A program made the position numbers and the translations under genes. A stretch of DNA of 64,000 nucleotides. It comes from Callorhinchus milii (Eukaryota). The stretch spans positions 27,282,001 through 27,346,000 of the forward strand of contig NW_024704743.1 of the NCBI RefSeq assembly GCF_018977255.1, in the 5' to 3' direction. Within the stretch, counting starts at the first letter, position 1. The number at the start of each line of letters is the position of its first letter. This document shows, one piece after another, positions 63,861 through 64,000 of this stretch. The notes beneath the pieces were generated by a model. The model saw only the letters and a list, made by a program, of their open reading frames with translations, searched no databases and had not been told where the DNA came from.

Positions 63861-64000
63861 ATGGTGTCCTTCTATTCCACAATTTCTCTAATTCTCTCCA
63901 AATAGCTGTTTGTGTTAATGCAAAAAAACAGAACTATTTATTAAGATAAATCATGAAATGAGAATGGTAGGCAATAAGAACAATAAGCTGAACGAATACA

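Noticed and set aside
1..64000. CRISPR arrays, operons, rRNA or other prokaryotic systems
   Set aside because: None seen; the window is a vertebrate repeat-rich non-coding region

Overview
Vertebrate non-coding DNA, most likely from a cartilaginous fish: the repeat complement resembles that of holocephalans such as Callorhinchus (recognition from memory, not a database result). I cannot support any host protein-coding exon. Every interpretable ORF in the track comes from a retroelement: L2 and CR1 LINE fragments, an old Deu-domain SINE, and a younger tRNA-Ala-headed SINE carrying an L2-type tail, often nested in one another. Unique blocks between the repeats look enhancer-like, which suggests a gene desert or a very large intron. 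Three signals stand out. (1) A ~60 nt inverted repeat has arms 10.7 kb apart, each directly beside a minus-strand splice site, so one splicing event would create a ~140 nt hairpin in a candidate spliced lncRNA. (2) A Penelope-type palindromic element carries a minimal hammerhead ribozyme core, and a second 100 bp copy has a 9 bp target-site duplication. (3) The SINE and L2 3' stem-loops show a compensatory base-pair change and a loop swap. Repeat boundaries were read by eye and are approximate.
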